A stretch of 64,000 nt of DNA, from positions 101,184,001 to 101,248,000 of the forward strand of contig OX597821.1 of assembly GCA_951406725.2 (NCBI GenBank), given 5' to 3'. The first letter of the stretch is position 1; every line of letters begins with the position of its first letter. Below, one piece after another: positions 1-12,212 of this stretch. Position numbers and translations under genes: made by a program. The notes under the pieces were generated by a model. The model did no database searches, was not told where the DNA came from, and worked only from the letters and a program-made list of their open reading frames with translations. The stretch comes from Octopus vulgaris (Eukaryota).

Positions 1-621
1 AGTTCATTATAAACAGATTTTTGAGTGACATTCTAAGAAACTTCATAACAGATTTAATTCTGGTTAGAGTGCCTTGTAGATTTCACCCCCAGAAGTTCCT
101 CTCTTTCTCTCACTTACACCCTAATTACTCTAAATTTCAAGTATAAAATGTTTTGTATTTTTGGATTGAAATTAGAAAGTTTTTTTTATTTTATCATAAC
201 TGATAAAAGAGACGTTTTTTTTTTACTTTTTTAATTCTGATATGCGTTAAAGCTCAGCACTTTTAAAAAGTTTTTTTTAAATTACTCCCTCTGGGAAAAT
301 AAATAAATGGATACACAATAAAGAAAAATTGAAAATATAAAGTGACTATGTAAATCTTGTGAGATGTGTGAAAATAAGATTTTGTGATTAATTCTTGATT
401 CTAGTCATATTAATTAAATTGCTACTTAATTAACAGCTTTTCAGGCACATGAAACATTAAAAAGTTTATTATAAAAATATAATTTATTTAATGTTTGTTA
501 TAGTTTTGAATCTAGATATTACGTTGCAATTATATTTTATGAAACGAAATACTGAAGATCTATAAAGTAACAAATAAATGGCAAATATCCTAAAATATAA
601 AGTTATAACATAATTTAACAT

Positions 622-1344
622 AAGTTTGGTCAAATAAACTCTTATGTAACCTTGGGCTGACCAATACTTTTTAAATGAACTTGGTAGAGAAATTCTGCAG
701 AAGCTTGTCATATACAAGATGAATACTATACAGAGACAAACAAAAATGCAGATGTCTATCAGCACTGCATATTGCAAAGAATGGAAGCATTGGCCAGATA
801 AAACATTATCCAGTTGTCTTTCAAAGTCTCTGGTGATATTTGTTCTGGCTTGAGTTACAGACACTCCCTTATTATTCACACCGTCAGAAAAGTAATGAAC
901 TTGTGATTGGCACATTGGGAACCTGTAATGAATGCTGCTATCATTTACTAATTATGATATAAAAATAAAATACAGGTTTTTATTTTTATATTATATTTTA
1001 TTTTTATATTATAATTAGTAAATGATAGCAGCATTCATTACAGGTTCCCAATGTGCCAATCACAAGTTCATTACTTTTCTGACGGTGTGAATGATAAGGG
1101 AGTGTCTGTAACTCAAGCCAGAACAAATATCATCAGAGACTTTGAAAGACAACTGGATAATGTTTTATCTGGCCAATGCTTCCATTCTTTGCAATATGCA
1201 GTGCTGATAGATATCTGCATTTTTGTTTGTCTCTGTATAGTATCCATCTTGTATATGACAAGCTTCTGCAGAATTTCTCTACCAAGTCCATTTAAAAAGT
1301 ATTGGTCAGCCCAAGGTTACATAAGAGTTTATTTGACCAAACTT
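622..1344. repeat. Long inverted duplication: arms 622-970 and 996-1344 (~349 bp), ~25-bp spacer
   Basis: Arms are reverse complements without indels (paired coordinates sum to 1966); six substitutions counted. Explains the twin ORFs 484..915(-) and 1051..1377(+). Confidence 0.95.
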
Positions 1345-1415
1345 CTGTGCAGTGGTATTGAAACAGAAACTACATGATTGAGAAACAATCTTCTTAACCA
1401 CACAGCCATACCCAT
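1345..1415 (-). mobile_element. SINE family A, 5' head fragment
   Basis: Reverse complement of the family A head (tggctgtgtggttaagaag...catgtagtttctgtttcaataccactgc). Truncated where the inverted-repeat arm ends. Confidence 0.7.
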
Positions 1416-3270
1416 GCACATGTATATTGAATTGATCGGAAAACGTAGTATTTAACATCCATCAAAGCTGTGCATGGAATGCTGGAAGAAATACGCTCTT
1501 AATAACCTGAATCCATGACCCATTTTTGATTCTCAACTGAATTTGTTTAATTTTATTTGTGTTATTCATGTCCTTGAGAAAAGAATGAATGCCACCAATT
1601 TGTTCAGTTCAGTATGGTTATTTTCAGAAATGTCAAATATAGCATAAACTGTACATTGCACTGAGTAAACTAGCTACACACTATGATGATGATGATGATG
1701 ATGATAGTGGAAGTAAGGTTGCAATGCTTCTCAGTCAGCATATGCTGGCTATAACTTTTTTTTTTCTAACAGCTCTGAATTATTGCATTTTTACTTTACA
1801 TACTCCTCTCACTATTATCATCATTTCTATACTTAATAAGGCTATCCACTGTTCAATGTATAACTTATCTTGCTTGTTTGTAAAACACACGGTATGCTAT
1901 TGAACTTAACTAAATACACTTAGCTCTAATCCATTTTCCTATTTTCAGATCAAATCACCTATTGCTTAATCCTTTTATTTGGTTATTTTTTTGTTACTTT
2001 TTTTCATTTTGTTATTTAAGCCACTCACTTGTACTGTTTTATTTAAAACAAAAAGCAAAACAAAAAGAAAAAAGAGAAAAAGGTATAGAAACAAATATAA
2101 TCATATTGTTGGAATTTCCAAAATTGACTCTGTATTAAAAGAAATATAATCTTATATTATGTAGTGTTGATGTTATAAGCTAGGTCACTGACATACATTT
2201 AGGTGCACTTTTGGGCAAACGCATTTCAGTATATATTAATTAATCTGGTGTCATACTTTATACAAGTGATCACAATAAGTTGTTCATTAACATTCATTCA
2301 TTATGATTTATTATATTGACATGAAGTCTCAAAATATTATGGGAGAAGAAATAGTGAAAGTAGTCTCATTTGTATCTTTATTAACAGCATCCACTGAACT
2401 ATGGCTGTAAAATTTTTTTTCTTTTTTCTCTTATAGTATAGCTGTTAGAAATTATTTCTAGTTATACAGAGTTATAGACAAGGACACAATATTCATAAGC
2501 CAAAGGCAACTGAAGGCTCGTTTACAATTTTATGCTACATAGGAAAAGAAAGTTTAGTCACTTGTTATTTCAACGGTTAAACTTTTCTCAATAGGAATAG
2601 TCTATAGGCAGATTACCTGTTAAATGTTGCCATTTTGAGATCTTGTATCACAGCTATCACTAAATGCAAGCTTTTTGGGAAGTTCAAATAATCTATTATA
2701 GATTTTTCTTTACATATTTGGAATTATTCCATTTTCTGCATTCAGTGCTTTCTAGCATTTAAGAGGCATAACTTGTTAAAATCGAAGCACAATTCAACTG
2801 ATATACTTTTGAAAAGATTTGACACCATTAGAAATGAAATAAATAAATGCTTTGCCAAATTTTTGTGGTTTTATATATTTTTAATCATGTTTTGTTTTAA
2901 TATTTTGTAATTAAGTTTTTATTGGTTTAATTTCAATTCATTTTAATTAATTAATTAATAGTGTATTAGACTGATTTATAATTGTAGCAAAAAGTTAGGT
3001 GTAAAATGTTATACAAAACAGGAAAAACAGAATCAGTAATGATGATTGTCATTTACTGAAATCTTGTAATTTGTAGCTTGTTGACTTCTTGCTGTCTAAT
3101 TTTTGATTTATAGTACCATCGAAGTTGATTAGCCCAATCTAAACTGATTGGCTAAAGTGTAGCCAGATGTTCAATACTGACAATTCTAAAGGAACAGGTT
3201 TTGAGTTTTAAAAATAGAAGAGAATGTAATTAAATGAAAACTTGAATTTTTCTGATTTTGACTTCTTTAA

Positions 3271-3489
3271 TCTTTTAGAATTCAGTTTACTCTGTCAAAT
3301 GTAATACTCATTTATACACATTGATTTCAGTTAATCATGCATTATCTTGTGGCTTTGAGATTTTGATGACGTGATTGTATATGTTTAGAATGACATTGTA
3401 GGGTAGATATGAGAGATCAGCTCTAGCCAGTTTTAACATAAATAAGTTTAATTTTTTTGCTGGATATAGCAGGTTTACATGCTAAAGGC
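3271..3489 (+). mobile_element. piggyBac-like MITE, family 2 (degenerate)
   Basis: TTAA at 3267-3270 and 3490-3493; ends tcttttagaatt / atgctaaaggc. Internal sequence matches 16049-16229 (inverted) and 11562-11647. Confidence 0.7.
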
Positions 3490-3679
3490 TTAATTCAATG
3501 ATTAACAATCATTTTTACATTAGTACTTTATTTTTAGATTGAAAATGACAAATTTGTTTGCTAGTAAATAAACTAAGTATTATTTTTTATATATACTTAC
3601 ACATTGCTATTTAAACACATTTAAAGTGTTATGTGCTTATTTATTCATAAATGCGTATACATATTTCCATGCGTACCTT

Positions 3680-4193
3680 TCCTTCATTGCTTGTGAAGAC
3701 CTGTTGAGGCAAGTGAAATCGAAATCAAATTCAATGACTGGCATCCATGCTAGTGGAGCACTAAGAGCACCATCCGAGCATGATCATTACCAGAGCAGCA
3801 AACTGGTTTCTGTGCCGGTGGCATGTAAAAAGCACCATTTGAGTGTGATCGTTACCAGCGTTGCCTTACTGGCACTTGTGTCGGTGGCATGTGAAAAAAA
3901 CATTCGAGCGAGGTCATTGCCAGTGCCACTGGACTGGCTCCTGTGCAGGTGGCACGTAAAAAACACCATTTGAGTGTGGCCGTTGCCAGTACCGCCTGAC
4001 TGGCCCTCGTGCCGGTGGCATGTAAAAGCACCCACTACACTCTTGGAGTAGTTGGCATTAGGAAGGGCATCCAGCTGTAGAAACTCTGCCAGATCAGATT
4101 GGAGCCTGGTGCAGCCATCTGGTTTGCCAGTCCTCAGTCAAATCGTCCAACCCATGCCAGCATGGAAAGCAGACGTTAAACGATGATGATGAT
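3680..4193 (+). mobile_element. Non-autonomous retroposon with ~65-bp internal tandem units and an RTE-type (GAT)n tail
   Basis: GC-rich island with 4-5 diverged units starting gtgccggtggcatgtaaaaagcacc, then ttggcattaggaagggcatccagc and the tail ccatgccagcatggaaagcagacgttaaacgatgatgatgat. The tail is shared with several other loci. Confidence 0.85.
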
Positions 4194-4204
4194 TCACAAA
4201 TTTT

Positions 4205-4720
4205 GTTAATTACTCAGATGGTTTGCTAGTAGGTGTTAACTAGGTGATCTCATTAGTAGTGAAGGTGGCCGTGATGAAAGCATAGTAGCCAGAGTAAGGG
4301 TCATTTCTTGAAGAGGAAGCAGGATTCAGGAAATTATTACCTCTATTGGTAACAAAGGGCTTCTTTCTCTAAGTGAAGGTTTGATTGTATGATGCTTGTA
4401 TAATACTACATGGTTATACTATATGGACACTGGATGTGAAAGATGTTAAAAAATAAGGCAATCATGTTCTTCTAGGTGTGTAATGTCAGCATGTATGAAT
4501 GACAATGCTTAGGTTGCTGAAAGTAAAACTGATCATCAAAATTATCAACTATAGTGTGCAAGGGAAGAGACTTCTGGTATGGAATGCATATAAGCAGTAA
4601 TAGTAACTGAAAAGTATCTAACAATTCTAGCAGAAGGAACATGTAAGTTGAAGACTAAAGAAGACGGGATGAAGTTTGTGGGGTGAGGTTTGGTGTCAGG
4701 GTGATAGACTTCACAAACAA
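4205..4720 (+). mobile_element. Decayed LINE ORF2 3' part (RTE/RTE-X-like)
   Basis: Fragmentary translation LGDLISSEGGRDESIVARVR, FRKLLPLLVTKGF, LYDAC..LHG, matching the post-RT region of RTE-group elements; many stops and frameshifts. Confidence 0.75.
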
Positions 4721-4993
4721 CTGTAACAAGTTGCAAAATACTGAATTGAAATAGGTCTATCCAACTCATGACTGCATAGAAATGCATATGTAAAAGTTGT
4801 GAATATATGGTTATTTTAAATTGTTGTGTTCAAATTCACCAGGCTTCATTGCTTCAATGAAATATTCATTTTAATTTTTAGTAATTTAAAATGTGTATTT
4901 GTGTGTGTGTGTGTGTGTATATGTGTATATACTTCTATATACCAGTGAGTGGATAAACGAAAGTAACACAACACATTTAGTAGGAGTTATGTA

Positions 4994-5126
4994 TATTATT
5001 TAATAACAGTTTGATTCAGCTCCATATGATTTAATATTTCATAGGCTTGTGGGTACCTAATATGATACACTTGTCCTATGAAACTTTGAGTTGTATGGAG
5101 CTGAGTTACACTGTTATCAAATTATA
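4994..5126. repeat. Gapless imperfect inverted repeat (46-bp core arms 5000-5045 / 5075-5120)
   Basis: ttaataacagtttgattcagctccatatgatttaatatttcatagg pairs with cctatgaaactttgagttgtatggagctgagttacactgttatcaa; 36/46 Watson-Crick. Confidence 0.85.
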
Positions 5127-5136
5127 GCTGGCTATA

Positions 5137-5310
5137 GATGGTGAGCTGGCAAAATCGTTAGCACACCAGGCAAAATGCTTAGTGTCATTTCATCCATCAT
5201 TCCACCAATGTCGACTTTGCCTTTCATCCTTAAGGAGGTCAATAAAATAAGTGCCAGCTGAGCATTGGGGTCCCTTGAAATTACTGGCCTTGTGCCAAAA
5301 TTTGAAATTG
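5137..5310 (+). mobile_element. SINE family B (internally deleted copy)
   Basis: ggtgagctggcaaaatcgttagcac head and gtcgactttgcctttcatcc...aataagtgccag core shared with the other copies. Confidence 0.85.
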
Positions 5311-6360
5311 TATTACACACACACACAAGTAGGATGGGTGTATGTGTGTGTGTATACACATTACTGATTAATTATAACAATTCACAACCACTTCATTATC
5401 TTATAATTTTCAATGTTCAATATCATTAGATTTATTTGCTCAAGTATCAACTAACTCTCATTGTTTGGAAGCTTTATTTCCTCAGAAATTGTTGGTGAAA
5501 TTGAACATTCAAGTTGCATATTTGAGATTCTTGCTTCAGAAATTCTTGTTTCACAAACATTGTCATTTATTTAATCAATTTTAGCAGGTCAATATATTGG
5601 CAGGTTTATTGGTTATATTTCCATTCATCTTATGAGATTGAATTTTCTGTCTGTCTGTGTTTTTAATCCTACAAATTTATCTGTTTCTTTAAATATCATT
5701 TTATAACTATATCTCTCTGTAATTAATTACTGTAATTTTGAACAATTGATAAATATTGTATTATTTGAGCTTCAGTTGTTATGTAAGAAGTGTTGAACAT
5801 AATTTCATTGATAGTTTATTTAACCATAAATTAACTGCCTACTTAATTAAATAGAAAATATACTCTTAAAGCTAATTATATTCTTAATCATTATAAATAT
5901 ATAAACACATTCCTAAATCAATGTAAATAATACATTCATAATTATTCATTATGAATACATTTACAGACATAGACATATATTTGCACAAACAACAAATGAC
6001 AATTTCCTACTAAAATCACCAATGTTAATGAGAAATCTGTTTCGTTTCTATATCTTCTGCTAATTTTAAAGTATTTTTTTAAAGATTAATTAATATAAGA
6101 AGCAATATTTCTATAATCTTAGATTGCATAATTGATGTAGGAAGAATTCAGTTGATAAATAGCAGGCTGTAACAGTTGAAAAATATTTACTAGTTGTTCT
6201 AGGATACCATAACTACAGGATGATTTGAACATGATTATTTAGTGGCAGGTTTAATGTAAAGGATAACATCCTACAATTTTTATCATCCTTTTCATAATTT
6301 TATTATATATTTTAATTCAAATATTAAGGCATTATTATTATTATTACTACTACCACTACT

Positions 6361-6812
6361 AAGGATTCAAGCTGGCAGTCATTATAGCACTGGATGAAAT
6401 GCTTAGTGGTATTTTGCCCATCACTATGTTCTGAGTTTAAATTCTGTCAAGGTTGACTTTGCCTTTCGTCCTTTCAGGGTTGATAAATTAAGTACCTGTT
6501 GAGTATTGAGGTTGATGTAATCGTCTTAACCCCTCCCCCCAAATTTCAGTCTTTGTGCCTATAAGCAGAAAGGATTATGATTATTATTACTCACTTCAAA
6601 GCGGGGAGCGGCAGAATCGTTAGCACACTGGGGAAAAATGTCTGTGTTTACATTCTGAATCCAAATACTGCCGAGGTTGACTTTACCTTTCATCCTACGG
6701 GGTCAATAAATTAAGTACCAGTGAAACACTGGAGTTGATGCAATCAACTAGTCCCCCACCTCTAAAATCACAGACCTTGTGTCTATAGCAGAAGGGATTA
6801 CTATTATCATTA
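6361..6812 (+). mobile_element. Two head-to-tail SINE family B copies (~6361-6590, ~6597-6812)
   Basis: Each has the gctggcag/gcggcag head, a B-box-like gagtttaaattc/gaatccaaatac, the gttgactttgcctttc core and an (ATT)n tail after gaaaggatta/gaagggatta. Confidence 0.88.
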
Positions 6813-6821
6813 TTGTGTATG

Positions 6822-6833
6822 TGTGTGTGTGTG

Positions 6834-6878
<45 letters not shown>
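6822..6878. repeat. Compound (TG)n(CA)n(TA)n microsatellite
   Basis: Direct reading. Similar tracts at 7010-7053, 19957-19983, 20715-20761, 39301-39341 (TA), 58757-58837 and 63456-63504 (TG). Confidence 0.95.
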
Positions 6879-8329
6879 TTTAATGCACCCCATTGGTATT
6901 ACATGTTCTACAAGTTTCTTGAGATCAAACCTCATTATTTTGATCCCTCATCTTTTGTCTTCCTCTTCTTCAAGCTCCTCCTGCTTTTTCATTCAGCTAT
7001 CATTATGCATGCACACACACACATACACACACACACACATACACACATATATATTAGAACTTTTTAGATCTTATTTCTTGCAATGTAGGTGTTCTAACAC
7101 CCTAGTCATATTTAGTGACAATTTTAGTTTTTCTTTTCGGTAACATATTGCACACAGCTGTCTATATTAATTATATATATATATATATATCACACATACC
7201 CACATTACATTTCATTTTTTTCTCATTTCCTTTCTCAATTTACTGTGAAACCTGTTTCAAAAATGAACATCATACATACTTGACAACTCTTGTTAATTTT
7301 CCGCTCCCAATTCCATGTTTTACTACCATGTAGCATCATACATTTTATGCATACCTTAAGTATTCCCCCTTTTATAGGAAAAAAATTATGTTTATTAAAT
7401 GGCATCTCCTAAATACCTTAGCCATCCATGTGCTGATTAAATTTTTTCAGATGATGTAACCTGCTAACTATATGCAAATCAGTTCTCTTAACCTCTTTCA
7501 ATTAGTCAGTAAGAATAAAATGTGCATATTACATCATATGTAATGTGGAAAACTCCAGAAAGTACCCCTCTATCAAAAATGAGTCAACTCAGCTCCAGTG
7601 TCTCAAGTACATATGCATATAACCAAATATACTCAGTTCTATCACAGTGGAGGAATTTCCATCCTCTTTGAACACTTATACAACTTTTTTATTTCCTTTG
7701 ATTCAAAAATAATGTAAATATGGCTACATAAATGGATCATATAAAGATATAGTACTGTATCTTATATAATATATACACAGCATAAGGGAACTACAGGAGC
7801 AGCAGGTTTTGAACAGCTTGAAAGGCATCCCTATACAATTCATATATCAAGGAAATTATTATTGAATAACTTGTTAGAAGATTCTAACAATGACTGAGTG
7901 CTTAAATAAACTAAGAGCTGTAGTGGGAGTTGCAAGATCTCATTTTTGAATCCACGAAAGAAAGATATAGCTCCTCTCCTGTTGATTAATAAGCATAAAT
8001 AGCTGTGGTGTGTGTGTGGGAGGGGGGAGAGAGAGAGAGATTCCAGCTATTAGACTAGCTGCATTGGGCACCACCCTCAAAGGTATAAAAGAATTGATAT
8101 TGAAGGGAAGAAGGAAGGCAAAGATGCTTTCAATAAGATTTGGAATACAGATGTTATTAAATGTTGCATGACACTTTCCATACCTGTACCACCTCACATA
8201 CACATTCGCACTTGGATGTTGCATGATAAAAACGGTTGGGAAGTATCACATGAAATCTGATTCCACAACATCTCGGGCAAGTACCTAACCTAAACTTTGT
8301 GAGGGAAATTAGATAGACAGAAACCTGTT

Positions 8330-8450
8330 GGATGGATTGTACTTGTAATTCAAAAACTCAACCTTGTCACACAGTGTTATGCTCATTCTGCTTGAGTATT
8401 GCATAAAGAAAACACATGTCTGTGGAATTCTCTGCTACTCACATGCTAAT
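8330..8450 (+). mobile_element. Old SINE family C fragment
   Basis: ccttgtcacacagtgt...acacatgtctgtggaattctc matches the reverse complement of 31280-31385. Confidence 0.55.
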
Positions 8451-10432
8451 TAAAAATCAATGGACATTCATTTACACTTGCACATGCATTTATGTAAAAA
8501 TACTCTTCATTGGCCATATTACCATAGGATTAATAATAATTTTGGTCCATTAGAAAACAAGATTATTCATGTGGCAAAAATCACTAAGGTAGAAGGCAGA
8601 AAATGAAAAATACAAGTCTTACAACTTAACACAAAAAGATTAGCATCTCATGATTTAGAAAAAAAACAAAAACATCAGCAAGTGGACAAGTGCAAAGGAA
8701 ATAGAAAGGAAAATTGGCTTTCAAAAATATCAGCTGAAAGGAGTTGGGGGAGAAAAAGTATGTGGCTTGTTCGGATTTCACAAGAAAAAAAGCCAGTGAT
8801 AATCATATGGATACAACAATGATAAGAGCAGAGGATGTGAGAGGATGAAAGGATAGTGAGGAGAGGGGAGATCATGTGTCACAGTACAAGAAGCTAATTT
8901 ATGATGAAATTTAAGACTGTGTGTGCTATAGTTATTAATAAGTTAAAGGACATAGATAGCAACAATTATCAAAGAATTGAAAACTATTATGGAATTCCCC
9001 TCATCAGCCTTGTTGTTCAAGATTCAGTTTCAGCATTTAAAACATGGAGTCACTCATATGGGAAGTGCCAAATTACTACATTGAGCAACTTGATCAATTA
9101 TTACTTGTGCTTTTCAATTCACTCATTTTATTAACATTTATAATTAATAATCCTCTCTTTATAGCTGTAACCTTCTCATCATAATGTTTTCCTGTAAAAG
9201 AGCTTCAGAAAAAGTGCCAAACCACAAAGAACAGTTTAGGGTGTTCAAATGTAACTTTTCTAATTGGTTTTATCTTACCTTTTATTCTTCAATTCAAATT
9301 GTACAAAAATAGTTCATTGTGTTGTCTACATTTTGTGTGTGTGCTTCACTCATTCTGAAACATTCTGAAAAATTGGCTCTATCATATTCTCTCTGTATTT
9401 GACACATTTTGTTTAAATGTTCACCAACCATTAACTGTGCTCTGTGTAGTGTGAAGCCACTGTTCAGTGAATTATTGATGTCACTGCATGAGGTTGTTTT
9501 TGTTGTAAAGTTTCATCTATCATTCATTGCCTGTTGCCTGTTTATTGAACACCAAATAAAGTTTGTTTAAGGATTTCTGTATTTTCCTATGGTTTTTTTT
9601 TTTTATCTAATTCCCTGGATGGTTATTGTGTCACTTTCTTCAGTTCACTGTACACAGATATTTAAACAGCTAAAAAAATATATGGTTAAAAAACATTGGA
9701 AAATAACCAAAAATTTACCATTAGAGCCTCCCTGCAATGAAAGTAATTTTATTAGCTTATTTGTATCTTGAATGTTACAATTAAAGCTTTAAATATTCAG
9801 ATGAATAACAGTTAATAGATATCTCTCCCTAGCTTTTATCACTTTATTACCTTTATTATTTATATTGATCCAATATTTAGTGGCATCATGAAATGGAATT
9901 TGCCTTTACAAGATATTTATCACTCTTTGTCAGTGTCCAATAAACTATACCCCTGGAATTGACGGTTTTGAATTATTATAAGTTATTACTTTTAACCACA
10001 TATTTTTCACCTGCTATGTAGTGTTTTTTTTTGTTTTTTTTTTTTACTTTTTTCTTGCATCAATCAACACCGACATCTGCAGTATATAATCTCATATACA
10101 TATCTTGGAATGCTAGTCATGAAAAATCCTATTCTCTGTATAATTTATTTACTTAAACATGTTAGTTCTATTAGAATCTTCTAAATCTTCATAATCTTTT
10201 TTTTTCCTCAACATACTTTTTCTAATAATAATAATGTACAACAATCTTTTCCATTAGAATCATTAAGTGCAAGTTATCTCACTCATGTTATCTACCTGTA
10301 TGACTCCTAATTTTCCATGTTTTCAATGCATTTCAAACTTTTCACCACCTGTTGGTCAGGTCTAGCATCACCATGTATATGAATTTTGTCTATTTTATTT
10401 CCATCTCCAATATATTTTCATTATCATCATCA

Positions 10433-10481
<49 letters not shown>

Positions 10482-10484
<3 letters not shown>

Positions 10485-10704
10485 GGTGAGTTAGGAGAAT
10501 TGTTAGTACCAGAGAGAATGCTTAGCAGCATTTCTTCTGGTTTTACATTCTTAGTTCAGGTTCCTCCAAGGTTGATTTTGCCTTTCATACTTTTGGGGTC
10601 CATGAAATAAATACCAGTTATGTACAGGGGTTGATGAAATCAACTAGCCCCCTCCCCAATATTTCAGGCCTTGTACCTATAGTGGAAAGGATTATTATTA
10701 TTAT
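10482..10704 (+). mobile_element. SINE family B inserted after a (TAT)n tract
   Basis: Full head-core-tail match to the other B copies; preceded by (CAT)n(TAT)n at 10420-10483. Confidence 0.88.
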
Positions 10705-11561
10705 TTGATGAAAACTCTCTGCTTATTTTGCTGGGTGTGATGGAAAGTGTCAGCTATTCACAGCTAGCAGACTAACTTGTTTTATTATTATTATTAATTT
10801 ACAATCAGATAATCATATTTTATCATTTTGTTTATATTTCTTTAAATTTTGAAATATTAACAAGATATTGTCTATCATTTAGGTTTAAGATAAACACCAT
10901 CATAATTTTACTCCTGTTTTCCCTTTATTTTTTATATATGTATGCATAGGTTTGATGAATCTTTCTTATACAGTGTCTCACCTCTCATTGCATTTTTTTT
11001 GTATCATTTCCTTCATGAGGTTCAACATACCAAGATTAGCTTTCACCACATTTTCTTGCATCTTCCTCTTCTGTAAGTTTCTTCTACTTGGCACTTCTTC
11101 ACCTATTGTCACCTTTCATACACACTACAGTAGACAAAATGATTAAAATAGCACAAAATAAAAACAAAACAAAAGAAAAAAGACATTTCAAATTTGTTTG
11201 TGATTAACTCCTTGAATAGTGAAATAATCAATAAGTCTGTCCTAATAGGGTATATAAAGTCGGGCTTATAAACTTAAGTGCCTTGCTCAGAGACCCAGCA
11301 TCATAATACTCCTTGAGTGGAATATAAACTTAGACTGTCTAAAATAATATCCACTTAATGTTTGTTCCTATGTGTATTTTATTTTTATCATATTGTTCCG
11401 TTGAGATATATATATATATATATATTGGGCATTGTATGTATGTTTAAATAGATTTGTAGTTTTTATAAATAGTGAATAAAAACAAAGATGAACTTTTCCT
11501 TTTTCCTAATGTAAGTTACATTACTCAAGATATTTTGGCAAAATATATTTCCTTTCTTTTT

Positions 11562-11651
11562 AGTATAGGTACGAGAGGCCACATCTGGTCAGTGGTAACA
11601 TAAAACAGGTGGAATATTTGGGCAACATATGGTCAGATGCTAAAGGGTTAA
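11562..11651 (+). mobile_element. piggyBac-like MITE family 2, right-hand fragment
   Basis: aacataaaacaggtggaatatttggg...atgctaaagggTTAA, homologous to the 3' half of 3271-3489. Confidence 0.7.
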
Positions 11652-11840
11652 GCAAGCTCCTAATTCTTGAGAGCCTTTTAACATAGCTCTCCTTGCAATG
11701 GTTCAGAGCCCTTTTATTTAAGACCTGCATCTCTCTATTATCTATGTTGTTGTTTGTAGCTTTCTCTTTAAATTTCCAGGCATAACTTGAGTTGCATTGC
11801 AAAGTGCTTGTTCAGATTCTAAAAAAAGGAAGAGTGACTA

Positions 11841-12212
11841 TCTTTACTTGTTTCAGTCACTGGACTGTGGTCATGCTGGGTACCACCTTGAAGAGTTTTA
11901 GTTGAACAAATCAACCCTGGTATTTATTTTTTAAGATTTGATATTTATTCTATTGATCTCTGTGGATAAACTAATAGATTATGAGAATGTAAGCAAACGA
12001 ACACCAGTTGTCAAAATGGTAGTGGGGGACAAACACAAAGACACATAAATATACATTGGTCTTCTTTCAGTTTCTGTCTACCAAATCCACTCACATTTTT
12101 TTGCTTGGTCTTGGAGCTATGGCCAAAGACACATGCCCAAGGTTTCACACAGCAGGAACAAACCCAGAACCATGTGGTTGGAAAGCTAACATTTTACCAC
12201 ACAGCCATGCCT
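11841..12212 (-). mobile_element. SINE family A, near full length
   Basis: Reverse-complement match to 16457-16886 from head (ggcatggctgtgtggtaa) to tail (gactgaaacaagtaaa). Confidence 0.88.

Noticed and set aside
484-1377. Twin ORFs 484..915(-) and 1051..1377(+) as a divergent gene pair
   Set aside because: They are the two arms of one inverted duplication, separated by only 135 bp of mostly AT sequence. Four of five substitutions in the ORF are non-synonymous and the C-termini run into unrelated sequence.
3626-4035. ORFs of 115 and 82 aa with repeated VPVA/CHR motifs; CRISPR-like periodicity
   Set aside because: Translations of the retroposon's tandem units. Units are homologous along their whole length, there are no unique spacers, no cas genes, and the context is eukaryotic.
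6813-7333. His/Thr/Tyr/Ile-rich ORFs (also 10386, 14720, 16493, 58611, 63349)
   Set aside because: Translations of CA, TA and TAT microsatellites and SINE bodies.
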